From: a virus
Taxonomy: Duplodnaviria > Caudoviricetes
Virus record (IMG/VR): IMGVR_UViG_3300024908_000010
Coordinates: 1 to 53,866 of that record
DNA length: 53,866 bases
Reading direction: 5' to 3' (one strand)
Positions 45,383-53,866 of the stretch are shown one piece after another. The first letter of the stretch is position 1, and every line of letters begins with the position of its first letter. The notes under the pieces are model-generated. The model made no database searches. It was not told where the DNA came from and saw only the letters and a program-made list of their open reading frames with translations. A program made the position numbers and the translations under genes.

Positions 45383-45425
45383 ATTACCAAATGGTATTGA
45401 CACGATAATTACCATTTAGTAATAT
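45383..45425 (+). promoter_or_regulatory. PL promoter with two CI operators
   Basis: TTGACA(45397)-N17-TAATAT(45420); ATTACCAAATGGTATT and ATTACCATTTAGTAAT match the OR operators. Confidence 0.88.
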
Positions 45426-45516
45426 TCACACATCGCAACAAAACACCGTTTCGATACTTCCCCAAAGTTTATGGGCGAAAGCGCGAGTGAGTAGCCCACT
45501 TTTTAAGGTGAATGAA

Positions 45517-45741
45517 ATGAACATATTGCAATCAGGTTTAGCGATGCAAGCCATGCAGGTTAAGGCAAATAAGGTAGCTGTTATCGGCACAGATAAGACC
45601 GTAGAAGCTTTTAAATCACAAGGCAAGGTGTTGGTACATAAACCAGCCAGTTTAGACGCCTTACGTGCTGAGAAAGAAGCTAAGAAAGCGCGTGAAGCAC
45701 AGCGCCAGATGATGGCACATACATCGCCAGAGGCGGCTTAG
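45517..45741 (+). CDS. First PL-operon gene, hypothetical
   Basis: AAGGTG RBS, basic helical C-terminus. Confidence 0.6.
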   Translation: MNILQSGLAMQAMQVKANKVAVIGTDKTVEAFKSQGKVLVHKPASLDALRAEKEAKKAREAQRQMMAHTSPEAA

Positions 45742-45743
45742 TC

Positions 45744-46004
45744 ATGGCTGATACAAATACAGGTGGTGCGGCATTTCCAAATCAAAAGCTTAGAACAAAT
45801 GGTGACGATGGTTGTGGAATGTACGCTTTTGACCAAGGCATGACGTTACGCGACTACTTTGCGGCGCAATCGCTTGGTTTAATTCTTAGCAATCCTGAAC
45901 GCTTGGAAACTGTGAATAGCATTAAAACACTAGGTCCACAAAAATCCATAGCACGAATGGCTTACAGCCTAGCAGATGCAATGCTTGAGGCTAGAAAGGC
46001 TTAA
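45744..46004 (+). CDS. Conserved phage hypothetical protein
   Basis: GGAAFP..GMTLRDYFAA..AY.LADAML.AR. Confidence 0.8.
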   Translation: MADTNTGGAAFPNQKLRTNGDDGCGMYAFDQGMTLRDYFAAQSLGLILSNPERLETVNSIKTLGPQKSIARMAYSLADAMLEARKA

Positions 46005-46006
46005 TC

Positions 46007-46189
46007 ATGCCCTTACTAGAGCAATACATCATTGACCAAGACGGCAACAAGCGTGTGGTGTTTGAAGAATCTGAAAACAAGCACGCCAACGAGTTTGCAG
46101 AGTACCAAGCTGGCTATGAAGCCGCACCAAACAAGCTTGATTACAACATGCAACTGATGAAGAAGATTAGAGCGAGGCATCCGCTATGA
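46007..46189 (+). CDS. Hypothetical protein
   Basis: AAAGG RBS, coupled. Confidence 0.55.
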   Translation: MPLLEQYIIDQDGNKRVVFEESENKHANEFAEYQAGYEAAPNKLDYNMQLMKKIRARHPL

Positions 46190-46377
46190 AAACACTTTAC
46201 TCAATATTATGGGCGCTGATTATTGCCTTGGTATTTTTCGGTGCAACACACATCCAGCAACAGTTAAACGCTGAGATTGATAAGCGTGCAAATGCAAAGT
46301 TTAAAGATGGTTGGTGCAATGTTGAAATGTCAGGAAGTGACGCATCAATCGAATGTAGCAGAGTGAGCAAGATATGA
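46186..46377 (+). CDS. Small membrane-anchored hypothetical protein
   Basis: N-terminal TM, ATGA coupling. Confidence 0.55.
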   Translation: MKTLYSILWALIIALVFFGATHIQQQLNAEIDKRANAKFKDGWCNVEMSGSDASIECSRVSKI

Positions 46378-46506
46378 GTTTTATCAAGCATTACCTCTAT
46401 TGCCGCGAGTTTGGCAGCGGAATAGTTAAGAGTTTTTTGAGAGCAATAAAAGTAAGTATTTAGGATTTTCAACTATCGGCATAGTCCCGATTAAGAAAGG
46501 TATCAA

Positions 46507-47433
46507 ATGGAAGCAAATACAGAGTTAGCAGTACAGCAAGATTCTCAACTTAACACTATTGAGCCAAGTCGCTTGTCGTCACTGTCAATCATGAGCAGTG
46601 ATGACCACATGGCTAGAGTTACAAAAATAGCGAAGTTAATGGCATCAAGCAAAGTTAGCATTCCTAAACATTTGCAAGGCAATGAAGGTGATTGTGCTGC
46701 AGTTGTCATGCAATCAATGAATTGGGGCATGGATCCGTTCATTGTCGCCCAAAAAACACACTTGGTTGGCAGCACCTTGGGGTATGAGGCGCAGTTAGTT
46801 AATGCTGTTGTTTGTTCAAGCAAAGCCATATCTGGAACATTCAGCTATGAATATAAAGATGAAGTAGGCAGCGGTGCGTCTATGTCTGTTAGTTGCAGAG
46901 TAGGAGCGGTTCTTCGTGGACAGAGTGAAATCACTTGGGGCGAGTGGCTAAACAGTAATTCAGTTACCACTAAAAATAGTCCTCTCTGGAAAACAAACGT
47001 AAAACAGCAGATGAGCTACTTGCAGGTAAAAAACTGGTCAAGACTTTATGCCCCTTCTGCAATCCTTGGCGTTTACACATACGATGAATTGTTAGATTCA
47101 CCAATTAAAGACATTAACGCTGCACCGCCTCGCCCACGTAACGGCGCTGAATATGGTCGCCAAGCTCAAGAGCAGCAACAAGGCCGTGTAATTGATTCAG
47201 GCCAAGAAGAGCAACGCGCAGGATTGATTAACGCGCTTGAAGCATTTGCCGCAAAAGGCAGTGCGCCATTCTTGACCCAATGGAAAAAAACAGCGCGTGA
47301 AGAAAGAGTGCTTATTGGTGAGCCTGAATACCTAAGAATCTTAGCTAAAGCTGAGGAAGCAGACCTTAACCAAAAGCCTGCAGTTGATGCTGACTTTGTA
47401 GATCAAATGAACAAAACAGAGGCAGATCAATAA
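46507..47433 (+). CDS. recT: RecT-family single-strand annealing protein
   Basis: IPKHLQG..DC.AV.MQ..WGMDP..VAQKT..LGYEAQLVNAV..SPLWK..WSRLYAP..ILGVY. Confidence 0.9.
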   Translation: MEANTELAVQQDSQLNTIEPSRLSSLSIMSSDDHMARVTKIAKLMASSKVSIPKHLQGNEGDCAAVVMQSMNWGMDPFIVAQKTHLVGSTLGYEAQLVNAVVCSSKAISGTFSYEYKDEVGSGASMSVSCRVGAVLRGQSEITWGEWLNSNSVTTKNSPLWKTNVKQQMSYLQVKNWSRLYAPSAILGVYTYDELLDSPIKDINAAPPRPRNGAEYGRQAQEQQQGRVIDSGQEEQRAGLINALEAFAAKGSAPFLTQWKKTAREERVLIGEPEYLRILAKAEEADLNQKPAVDADFVDQMNKTEADQ

Positions 47434-48107
47434 TGTTTGAGAACCAGAATCTAATCAGCCCAGAGCAAAGAACCGAAGATTGGTACAAGGCGCGTGCTGG
47501 AAAGTTTACTGGCTCTCGCTTTGTAGATGTGTTAGCTAAAGGAAATAAGGCTTACACAGACCTAATCAATCAGATCGTAGTGGAGCGTCTAACCAATGAT
47601 TATATTGATACTGGCATGGATTCCTACGCGCTTAAATGGGGTCGTGATGTAGAGCCTTTCGCAAGGCAAGCATATAGCTTTTATACAGGAAACAGAGTTA
47701 CTCAAGCGCAGTTTAAAGACCATCCTGTTTATAGCTTTGTAGGGGTTTCACCAGATGGTCTTATTTCAGAGCAAAAAGGTGGATCAGAGTTTAAGTGCCC
47801 TAAAGACCCAAAAATTCACATTGACCGCTTTATAAATGGAATGAACGAAAAAGAGTTTATGCCGCAGGTTCAAGGTTGCATCTGGTGCTACGAGTTTGAT
47901 TGGTGGGATTGGGTGAGCTTTGATCCGCGAATGCCAGAGCACGCAAAGCTATACATACAAAGAGTATGGCGCGATGACAAATACATCGCAAATTTAGAGA
48001 AAACAGTATTAGTAGCAGAAGGTGAAGTAAGGGAAAAGCTGGATAAGTTCAAGCCAGAAACCATTGAAGCACTTTTAAATAATTACGACCAAAGGAAAAC
48101 ATCATGA
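47433..48107 (+). CDS. YqaJ / lambda-type exonuclease
   Basis: QRTEDW..RAGKFTGS, WG...EP.AR, SPDGL, EFKCP, QVQG, SFDPR. Confidence 0.92.
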   Translation: MFENQNLISPEQRTEDWYKARAGKFTGSRFVDVLAKGNKAYTDLINQIVVERLTNDYIDTGMDSYALKWGRDVEPFARQAYSFYTGNRVTQAQFKDHPVYSFVGVSPDGLISEQKGGSEFKCPKDPKIHIDRFINGMNEKEFMPQVQGCIWCYEFDWWDWVSFDPRMPEHAKLYIQRVWRDDKYIANLEKTVLVAEGEVREKLDKFKPETIEALLNNYDQRKTS

Positions 48108-49297
48108 ACGCACCATTACAAACAGTAGAAGCAGAAAAAATTGCTAGCCAAGAGTTGGTTACGCTAGACCCAAAAACTTACGTTGCAGCAGTATATGAGC
48201 CATTCAGTAACCGCCTACAGGCAGCGATTAAATCTTCATCAAAAGTAACTTATGCCATAGCAACTAAAGAAGGCATGGCAACGGCTAAAGAATGTCGCGC
48301 CCTATTCCGCACTATTCGCCTTGATTGCGATAAAGAGCGTGCAGCACGTAAAGCGCCAATTATAGCTATTGGTAAATTGTTGGAATCAGCATACACCGAG
48401 ATTGAAACGGCGGTTAAGGCACATGAAGAAAAGTTCGATGCAGACATTAAAGCAGAAGAGCAACGCCTAGAGGATGAAAAAGCAGCGAAGCTAAAAGCCG
48501 AAGAACAGGCAAAGGCCGCTATTCAAAACAAGATTGATGCCATCAAAAACAAGCCTCTTGGTGTGATGAATAAAACAGTGGCAGACATTGAAGAGGCTAT
48601 CGCGGAGCTATCACCGCTAATCCCTACACCTGCAGAGTTCGGTGAGCGCTTCATTGAGGCTGAATATGCACTTAAAGGTGCGCTGGAAACACTTAATAGC
48701 ATTCTAGCAGGCAAAAAAGCGCAAGAGCAGTTAGAGGCACAAAACAAAGCAGCAGAAGCGGAAGCGGCTGAACAGGCTAAAGAGGCTGCGCGTGTGGATG
48801 GCATCAAAGCAAAGATCCAGAACATTAAGAACTACATCATTAAAGGATCTGATTGTGACTTTTCTAGTCAGCTTGCATCGCTTGCAGAAGAGCTTGAACT
48901 AATCTCTATCACTGAAAAAGAGTATCAAGAATTTACCGAAGAGGCACTGGCCGCCGCATCAAAATCAATGCAGTTTCTATTGAAGCAAAAGGCTGTTTTG
49001 CTAAATACAGAACTTGAAGAGAAAGCCGCTAAAGAGGCCGCTGAAATCAAAGCGCGCCAAGAGCTTGAAGCGAAGATTATTGCAGAGGCTAAGAACGATG
49101 ACGGTGCTGTTGTTGACGCGACATTTAACGAATCTGACTTTAAGAATGTGTTTGCAGAACCAATACAGAAAATTGCAAACGCTAAGCGCCCTACTGCTCA
49201 AGCAATCATCGCCCTAGTAGCTACTACATACAAAGTTGAGGCAAAGACCGCAGAGCGTTGGTTGGCTCAATCGTTTGGTGAGTTGAAGGCGGCGTAA
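48104..49297 (+). CDS. Long coiled-coil phage protein
   Basis: 397 aa, Ala/Glu/Lys-rich, R...KAP motif. Confidence 0.7.
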   Translation: MNAPLQTVEAEKIASQELVTLDPKTYVAAVYEPFSNRLQAAIKSSSKVTYAIATKEGMATAKECRALFRTIRLDCDKERAARKAPIIAIGKLLESAYTEIETAVKAHEEKFDADIKAEEQRLEDEKAAKLKAEEQAKAAIQNKIDAIKNKPLGVMNKTVADIEEAIAELSPLIPTPAEFGERFIEAEYALKGALETLNSILAGKKAQEQLEAQNKAAEAEAAEQAKEAARVDGIKAKIQNIKNYIIKGSDCDFSSQLASLAEELELISITEKEYQEFTEEALAAASKSMQFLLKQKAVLLNTELEEKAAKEAAEIKARQELEAKIIAEAKNDDGAVVDATFNESDFKNVFAEPIQKIANAKRPTAQAIIALVATTYKVEAKTAERWLAQSFGELKAA

Positions 49298-49445
49298 TAA
49301 AACGGCGTGTAACTTCGAGCGTTCTTTATTAAATCGAAGTCGATTGACTGGCGTAAGCAGTCACATGAATTAAGCCGACTTTATAACGTGGCGCATCACT
49401 AAAGCCAATGCGTAGGCTACCTCACTGGGGTTAAGTCGGTTTAAT

Positions 49446-49580
49446 TGATGGGTAATGCGCAGGCTGATGCGCAAACGGTAACTTAGAGATAAGTGCTTAT
49501 AAGGGAGTAGGTTAATTTATTTAACTGCTATGTAAACGCGCCGAAGCACTGAGCCAGAAACACAGCACTGGTACCCATCA
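49446..49580 (+). ncRNA. Candidate structured RNA (cloverleaf-like junction with kissing loops)
   Basis: 9-bp closing stem, three internal stems, loop GCUG complementary to loop CAGC. Confidence 0.55.
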
Positions 49581-49602
49581 CCAATTTTATGAAAGGTAGA
49601 TC

Positions 49603-49875
49603 ATGGCTGATTTAACACTACACGTTAAACGTGAATATTTTGAACAAATGCGCGATGGCACTAAGCCAGAAGAATTTAGATTGTGCACACTCTACTGGAA
49701 AAAGCGACTTGAGAAGTATTACGACAACGTTGTTATTTGCCTTGGTTACCCAAAGAAAGATGACCAGAGCAAAAGAATTGTAAGAAAGTGGCGCGGTTCA
49801 GTTATTAAAACAATCACTCATAAACACTTTGGAAGTAATCCAGTAGCGGTTTATGCAATAGATGTTAGAGGTTAA
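49603..49875 (+). CDS. ASCH/PUA-like domain protein
   Basis: L.VKREYFEQM..G.K.EEFR...YW.KRL..GY. Confidence 0.85.
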   Translation: MADLTLHVKREYFEQMRDGTKPEEFRLCTLYWKKRLEKYYDNVVICLGYPKKDDQSKRIVRKWRGSVIKTITHKHFGSNPVAVYAIDVRG

Positions 49876-49877
49876 TC

Positions 49878-49958
49878 ATGGCAAAGCATAAAAAGGTAAA
49901 AGGCGGCGAACGCAAAAATCGCAAAGAGATTAGACGATCCAAAGGCCATAAGGTATGA
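49878..49958 (+). CDS. 26-aa Arg/Lys-rich peptide
   Basis: GAGG RBS, MAKHKKVKGGERKNRKEIRRSKGHKV, ATGA-coupled to the next gene. Confidence 0.5.
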   Translation: MAKHKKVKGGERKNRKEIRRSKGHKV

Positions 49959-50449
49959 AAAAGCAAAAGAAACGCACCAAAGCATTTAACCCTAACAAGC
50001 ATCGCATCAACAGTTTGGCAGGATTAAACGTGATTAAAAAGCACCAGCCATTAACGATAGATGAACAAAGAGAGTTGTGCCAAAGCGCAGTTACCTCACT
50101 CAATGCCATGCAGTTTGGAATAGACCTAAGCCCGAATGATTTTACGATCCTATGTGATGTTATCAATATCTCGCTAGTGTTTACTGAAAGAGGTCTAGGC
50201 AAAGAATATTTAGATGAATTGTATGCGGCGCGTGATGCTTTGCAGAGAAGCAAAATGCGTTTCTTAGACACTGGAAAGCTTGGATTTTTTGGCCCCGATT
50301 TAGACACTATGAAATTCGCACTTAAGGTACACAACTGGCAGTTAGAGCGTTGCAGCTTTGGAATGTTTGAGAGCGCCTACGAAACGCAAAATGCGCGTAT
50401 TAAAGCAGGTAATTTTTATAGAGGTGAAAGTGAAAGGTTAGCGGCATGA
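49955..50449 (+). CDS. Conserved phage hypothetical protein
   Basis: 164 aa, basic N-terminus. Confidence 0.7.
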   Translation: MKKQKKRTKAFNPNKHRINSLAGLNVIKKHQPLTIDEQRELCQSAVTSLNAMQFGIDLSPNDFTILCDVINISLVFTERGLGKEYLDELYAARDALQRSKMRFLDTGKLGFFGPDLDTMKFALKVHNWQLERCSFGMFESAYETQNARIKAGNFYRGESERLAA

Positions 50450-50610
50450 AAACAGTTAAATTAGTTAGCTTAGTAGCATTTGCAATGTTCTTATGGCAAT
50501 GCGGAATGTATGCACTTGGTGTTCCGTCAGACTTACCTATGTGGCGCTGGCTTCTTGGTATTTCATGTTTAGGTTTTTCAGTTGGTATTGCTAATTGGGC
50601 TAATAAATGA
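50446..50610 (+). CDS. 54-aa two-TM peptide
   Basis: ATGA-coupled; two hydrophobic helices; not in the ORF track. Confidence 0.5.
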   Translation: MKTVKLVSLVAFAMFLWQCGMYALGVPSDLPMWRWLLGISCLGFSVGIANWANK

Positions 50611-50753
50611 ACGCTGAAATGAAAAGCAGATTGTTAGGCATGGTTTTAGAAGTATGCAAAAGCTATGGGATGACCGCTAAAGATGTTCAGGAAATATTCA
50701 ACAAAAGAACTATCGAAGGCGGCATGAAAATATTGGAGCAAAAAAATGGCTAA
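50607..50753 (+). CDS. 48-aa hypothetical protein
   Basis: ATGA-coupled, overlaps the next start. Confidence 0.45.
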   Translation: MNAEMKSRLLGMVLEVCKSYGMTAKDVQEIFNKRTIEGGMKILEQKNG

Positions 50754-51009
50754 AAACTACTTTACGGATGAGCAGGTTAAATCGCTAGTTAAGTCGTCTA
50801 TGGCTTGGGCTGAAAATATGCAACTTAGCATTCGACAATTAGCTGAATTTAAATCCATTATGAACCTAGCAGTAGAAGAGGCGATTGTGCGTGTAGGCAC
50901 AGTTGAATGCGCTGATGTAGCTGAATACTCAACAGAATATTGGGGGATTTTGCACGAACCAGTAACGCTAGGCGAACCCCTCTACTCAGTCAAAGAATTG
51001 GATAACTAA
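50746..51009 (+). CDS. Hypothetical protein
   Basis: GGAG RBS; G.PLY motif. Confidence 0.6.
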   Translation: MAKNYFTDEQVKSLVKSSMAWAENMQLSIRQLAEFKSIMNLAVEEAIVRVGTVECADVAEYSTEYWGILHEPVTLGEPLYSVKELDN

Positions 51010-51060
51010 CATGACTGATTTAATTAGCAGTATCAAACGTAATGCAGATGGGGTGGAGTG

Positions 51061-51150
51061 ATGTTATTCCATCCAATGAATAAATGTAGCAAGTGCAAGC
51101 TAAGTGGATTTAAAGGCGCAAGATGCCCTCGCTGTGGGAAGCTAATTTAA
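51061..51150 (+). CDS. 29-aa zinc-ribbon peptide
   Basis: CSKC..CPRCG, GGAG upstream. Confidence 0.4.
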   Translation: MLFHPMNKCSKCKLSGFKGARCPRCGKLI

Positions 51151-51161
51151 AAGGAAGGTGA

Positions 51162-51467
51162 ATGATTGTGGATAAATGTAAATGTGACTTGAGGACAAAA
51201 TTAGTTGGTGATGGTTGCCAACACTGTAATCCTCAAATAACAATTGATAGTTTAATTGAGGAACTCCAAACCCTACGCGCCAAAGTAGCATCGGCAGAGG
51301 TGTTGGTGGAGGCTTTGCGTACAGTTATGAACGAGGCAGAAGAAATAGTATTACACGACACTAATTTTGTAGCTGTTCCTTTTGAAATATTTGACAAGAT
51401 GGAAGATGAATACGAAGCCCTGACCACCTACGACAAACTTAGTGAGGTTAAACATGACACAAAATAA
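51162..51467 (+). CDS. Hypothetical protein
   Basis: CKCDLRTKLVGDGCQHCNP; strong RBS. Confidence 0.65.
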   Translation: MIVDKCKCDLRTKLVGDGCQHCNPQITIDSLIEELQTLRAKVASAEVLVEALRTVMNEAEEIVLHDTNFVAVPFEIFDKMEDEYEALTTYDKLSEVKHDTK

Positions 51468-51786
51468 TGACGAGGTGTTGATTGCTAAAAAGGAATTACT
51501 GGAAGACTTAGTCGATAGAATGTCTGGAGTTTATTCTGACTACCACAAAGAGATTGTTCAAGACGAATTGAATGATACTTTAGAAGCTATAAGCAATTTA
51601 CTACCAATATCGCAGAACGAACAGCAACCTAAGCAAATACCAGAGGGGTGCGCTATCGTAAACGTGGAAGATTTAATAAACCTTGCAGTTTCGTATTGTG
51701 AGGATGGAATGCACCCAGACGATTTGGAGCGCGATATTCGAGCCATGCTTAACGCAGCACCAACCAATACGGAGGTGGGGGAATGA
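51454..51786 (+). CDS. Hypothetical protein
   Basis: GAGG RBS; IPEG..RAMLNAAP. Confidence 0.6.
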   Translation: MTQNNDEVLIAKKELLEDLVDRMSGVYSDYHKEIVQDELNDTLEAISNLLPISQNEQQPKQIPEGCAIVNVEDLINLAVSYCEDGMHPDDLERDIRAMLNAAPTNTEVGE

Positions 51787-52286
51787 CTAACCAAGTAAAT
51801 CAAGAGTTTGAGAAGTGGTGGTACGGAACGGATGCTAATTTAATTTTACGTAGTAGAAATTCAGCAGAAGCGGGCTACCAAGCCTGCACCCAAGCCAGTG
51901 AAAGTGAAATAAACTCACTTAAGCAACGTGTGCATGAAGTAGAAGCTAGGGCATTAGAAGAAAGCAACAAATATGTAGAGTATTGCAATCTAGCGGAAGC
52001 AAAAATAGCAGAACTAACCGCATCTAACAATCAGTTGCATGAGGCTTTGGAAAGAATGGTTGAATCTTATCAATATGAAGCTAGTAGCGAAAATGAATCA
52101 TTGCTTAATGCTTTTAAAGTGTTGGAATCAACCACTGCACAATCACTAGCAGAGCATGATAACGCCACCATCGACCGCTGTAAAAACATTGTAGCAGATG
52201 ACGCACTAGCGATTACGTTTCAAAGCATGGGCGCATATAGAAGCGCGATCATCAAACAAATAGGTGAACTGAAAGCCACACCATAA
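51783..52286 (+). CDS. Hypothetical coiled-coil protein
   Basis: EFEKWW; ITFQSMGAYRSA. Confidence 0.65.
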   Translation: MTNQVNQEFEKWWYGTDANLILRSRNSAEAGYQACTQASESEINSLKQRVHEVEARALEESNKYVEYCNLAEAKIAELTASNNQLHEALERMVESYQYEASSENESLLNAFKVLESTTAQSLAEHDNATIDRCKNIVADDALAITFQSMGAYRSAIIKQIGELKATP

Positions 52287-52436
52287 CCAGAAAATTCTAC
52301 GTTGAATGCACTAACACTAAGTGTGAAGTAAAAGGATTTGCCGCAGCATCACAGCTAGCAAGTAAGCTATTTAAAATGGGACATGAGCCTGAAATTACGA
52401 TTAAGTACAAACAAGATAAGTTGGAAGGGAAATAAG

Positions 52437-52613
52437 ATGAATTTACTAAAAACAGAAGAGACTGCGAAAAAGGTAGGCGTGTGTGTAGATCACTTTAGAA
52501 AGATCATCAAGCATCAACCAGATTTTCCAAAGCCAATTAAGCTTACGCCCAAGGCACACCCAAAATGGAGTGAAGAAGCAATTGAAGAATATTTAAAAAA
52601 GAAAGCGGCCTAG
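52437..52613 (+). CDS. xis: Excisionase / AlpA-family protein
   Basis: LL..EETAKKVGV..PDFPKPIKL..W....IEEY; convergent with integrase. Confidence 0.85.
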   Translation: MNLLKTEETAKKVGVCVDHFRKIIKHQPDFPKPIKLTPKAHPKWSEEAIEEYLKKKAA

Positions 52614-53581
52614 TCTAATTTTGAAACTAAATCACTTGCGGCTTTGTTGTAATAAACCAGCAACATTTTCAAATCTTTGTGACCGACAACGCGCGCCAAT
52701 TCAAGCACTTCTAACTTAGATGCCAGGCGCGTAATAGCTAAATGCCTAGTGTCATGGAAATGCAGATCGTCAATAGCAACTAGCTTCTTAGCCTTTCTAA
52801 ATAGACTATCAAGCTGGCTAGTATTGATATTAAATACATACGTTTTATCAAGCCCTTTGCACTGCTCAAGTATGGCCATCGCCGCCTTGCTCAAAGGCAC
52901 AGACCTAATGCCGGTATAAGTTTTAGAATCATTTATCTTCGCAACGCGATCATTTATATCTGACCATTTTAGATTGCAAATTTCTTGCGCACGAAAAGCT
53001 GTTTCAATTGCAAACATAAAAGCAGCACCAACTCGGCTAGTTATAGTAGTTAGAATTGCATTGTTAGAATAGTTAAGTGCAAAACATAGCCTGTCTATTT
53101 CGTCATCTGTAATGATTCGATCTCTAGGTGGCTGGCCTTGTGGCTTCTTTAGCCCTTTCATTGGATTATCTTTCAGGTACTCCCACTCAGTAATAGCAAT
53201 CTGTAAGCAATGACTTAATAAAGCCCACTCGCGTAACACCGATAAAGCACTAACTTCTTTAAGCCGCCTGTCGCGCCATTCTGCAAATGTATTCTTAGTT
53301 AAATCGCCTATCTTAATCTTGGCGACTTCATCGTTAAGAAACTTGTTGATGCGGATTGTTTCCCATCGTGAGCCTTTTTTCTTAACAGAAACTTCATCAC
53401 GGTACTTTTCTAGGAGCTTGCCGAATGTAATCGATGGCGTTTTATTATCTTTGCCAGCCTTAAGAGATTCCTCCCAGACGTAGCCTTCTGCTTTCGTTGC
53501 GAAAGTTTTTACTTGCGCCTTGTAATTAACAGTTACTTGAAAACGCCACTTGCCGGATGCGGTCTTTGTTACGTTGGCCAT
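52610..53581 (-). CDS. int: Tyrosine integrase
   Basis: ETAFRAQEI (R), SKT (K), HFHDTRH, VGH, LVYY (Y). Confidence 0.95.
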   Translation of the reverse strand: MANVTKTASGKWRFQVTVNYKAQVKTFATKAEGYVWEESLKAGKDNKTPSITFGKLLEKYRDEVSVKKKGSRWETIRINKFLNDEVAKIKIGDLTKNTFAEWRDRRLKEVSALSVLREWALLSHCLQIAITEWEYLKDNPMKGLKKPQGQPPRDRIITDDEIDRLCFALNYSNNAILTTITSRVGAAFMFAIETAFRAQEICNLKWSDINDRVAKINDSKTYTGIRSVPLSKAAMAILEQCKGLDKTYVFNINTSQLDSLFRKAKKLVAIDDLHFHDTRHLAITRLASKLEVLELARVVGHKDLKMLLVYYNKAASDLVSKLD

Positions 53582-53673
53582 GAGTAGTTAGAATGATGGT
53601 GAGAAAGTAGTGAGAATATATATCTTTATATCCCCAGAATCAACCAGAATCAACCACATATACCCATAAACAA

Positions 53674-53717
53674 AAACCCCGTGATATTTAGCTTATAAGC
53701 CAATAAACACGGGGTTT
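53674..53717 (-). terminator. Phage-supplied hairpin downstream of the tRNA
   Basis: AAACCCCGTG...CACGGGGTTT inverted repeat. Confidence 0.6.
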
Positions 53718-53739
53718 CATGGTGCTTTTACAACTCAAA

Positions 53740-53758
53740 TTTGGTGCGAAAGGAGAGA
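53740..53758. repeat. Right att core
   Basis: Identical to 715-733. Confidence 0.95.
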
Positions 53759-53826
53759 CTCGAACTCTCACGCCTTACGGCGCTGGAACCTAAATCCAGT
53801 GCGTCTACCAATTCCGCCACTCTCGC
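53742..53826 (-). tRNA. tRNA-Leu (anticodon TAG)
   Basis: 85-nt cloverleaf GCGAGAG..CTGGA-TT-TAG-GT-TCCAG, long variable arm, GTTCGAG, CCA end. Confidence 0.97.
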
Positions 53827-53866
53827 AGGTAGTTTACGACTTAACAAAACAGCCGTCGTTCAACAA

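Larger units (their letters stand above)
715..53758. mobile_element. Temperate prophage (lambdoid control region, podovirus-like virion genes) integrated in tRNA-Leu
   Basis: Flanking 19-bp direct repeats, integrase/excisionase next to the tRNA, and immunity, replication, packaging, head, tail, lysis and ejection modules. Confidence 0.96.

Noticed and set aside
45440-45505. Hairpin in the PL leader as a nut/put site
   Set aside because: Only a short TGGGC/GCCCA stem and no boxA match nearby
49462-49562. Hammerhead ribozyme (CUGAUG...GAAAC)
   Set aside because: Core reads CUGAUGC rather than CUGANGA, and the stems do not fit hammerhead topology
52283-52435. Open frame ITRKFYVECTNTKCEV.. before xis
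   Set aside because: No start codon (ATAA where a coupled ATGA would be expected); possibly a remnant, not supportable as a gene

Overview
Almost the whole window is one apparently complete temperate prophage of about 53 kb (715-53758). It is integrated in the 3' end of a tRNA-Leu(TAG) gene, bounded by a 19-bp direct repeat (TTTGGTGCGAAAGGAGAGA), and flanked on the left by the end of a host sensor kinase gene. The control region is lambdoid: cI/cro switch with operators, PL operon with RecT and exonuclease, xis/int, replication initiator, NinG. The virion module is podovirus-like: P22-like terminase and portal, N4-gp56-type capsid, adaptor/nozzle, LamG/SPRY receptor-binding protein, lysis genes and ejection proteins ending in a 3280-aa polyvalent protein. 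Most notable observations: (1) the large terminase is in three pieces and needs a split or bypass plus a +1 frameshift to restore the conserved AGWDDVPHL motif; (2) a five-copy late-promoter motif ACACAvrTGGR-N6-TAnnnT; (3) a C5 methyltransferase with a nested beta-subunit ORF and a G11 tract; (4) structured RNA candidates upstream of the ASCH gene and the replication initiator; (5) candidate defence genes at the rex-equivalent locus; (6) the polyvalent protein is built of (F/Y)SR-delimited cassettes, one apparently emptied. All family calls come from motif recognition by eye; no database search was run.
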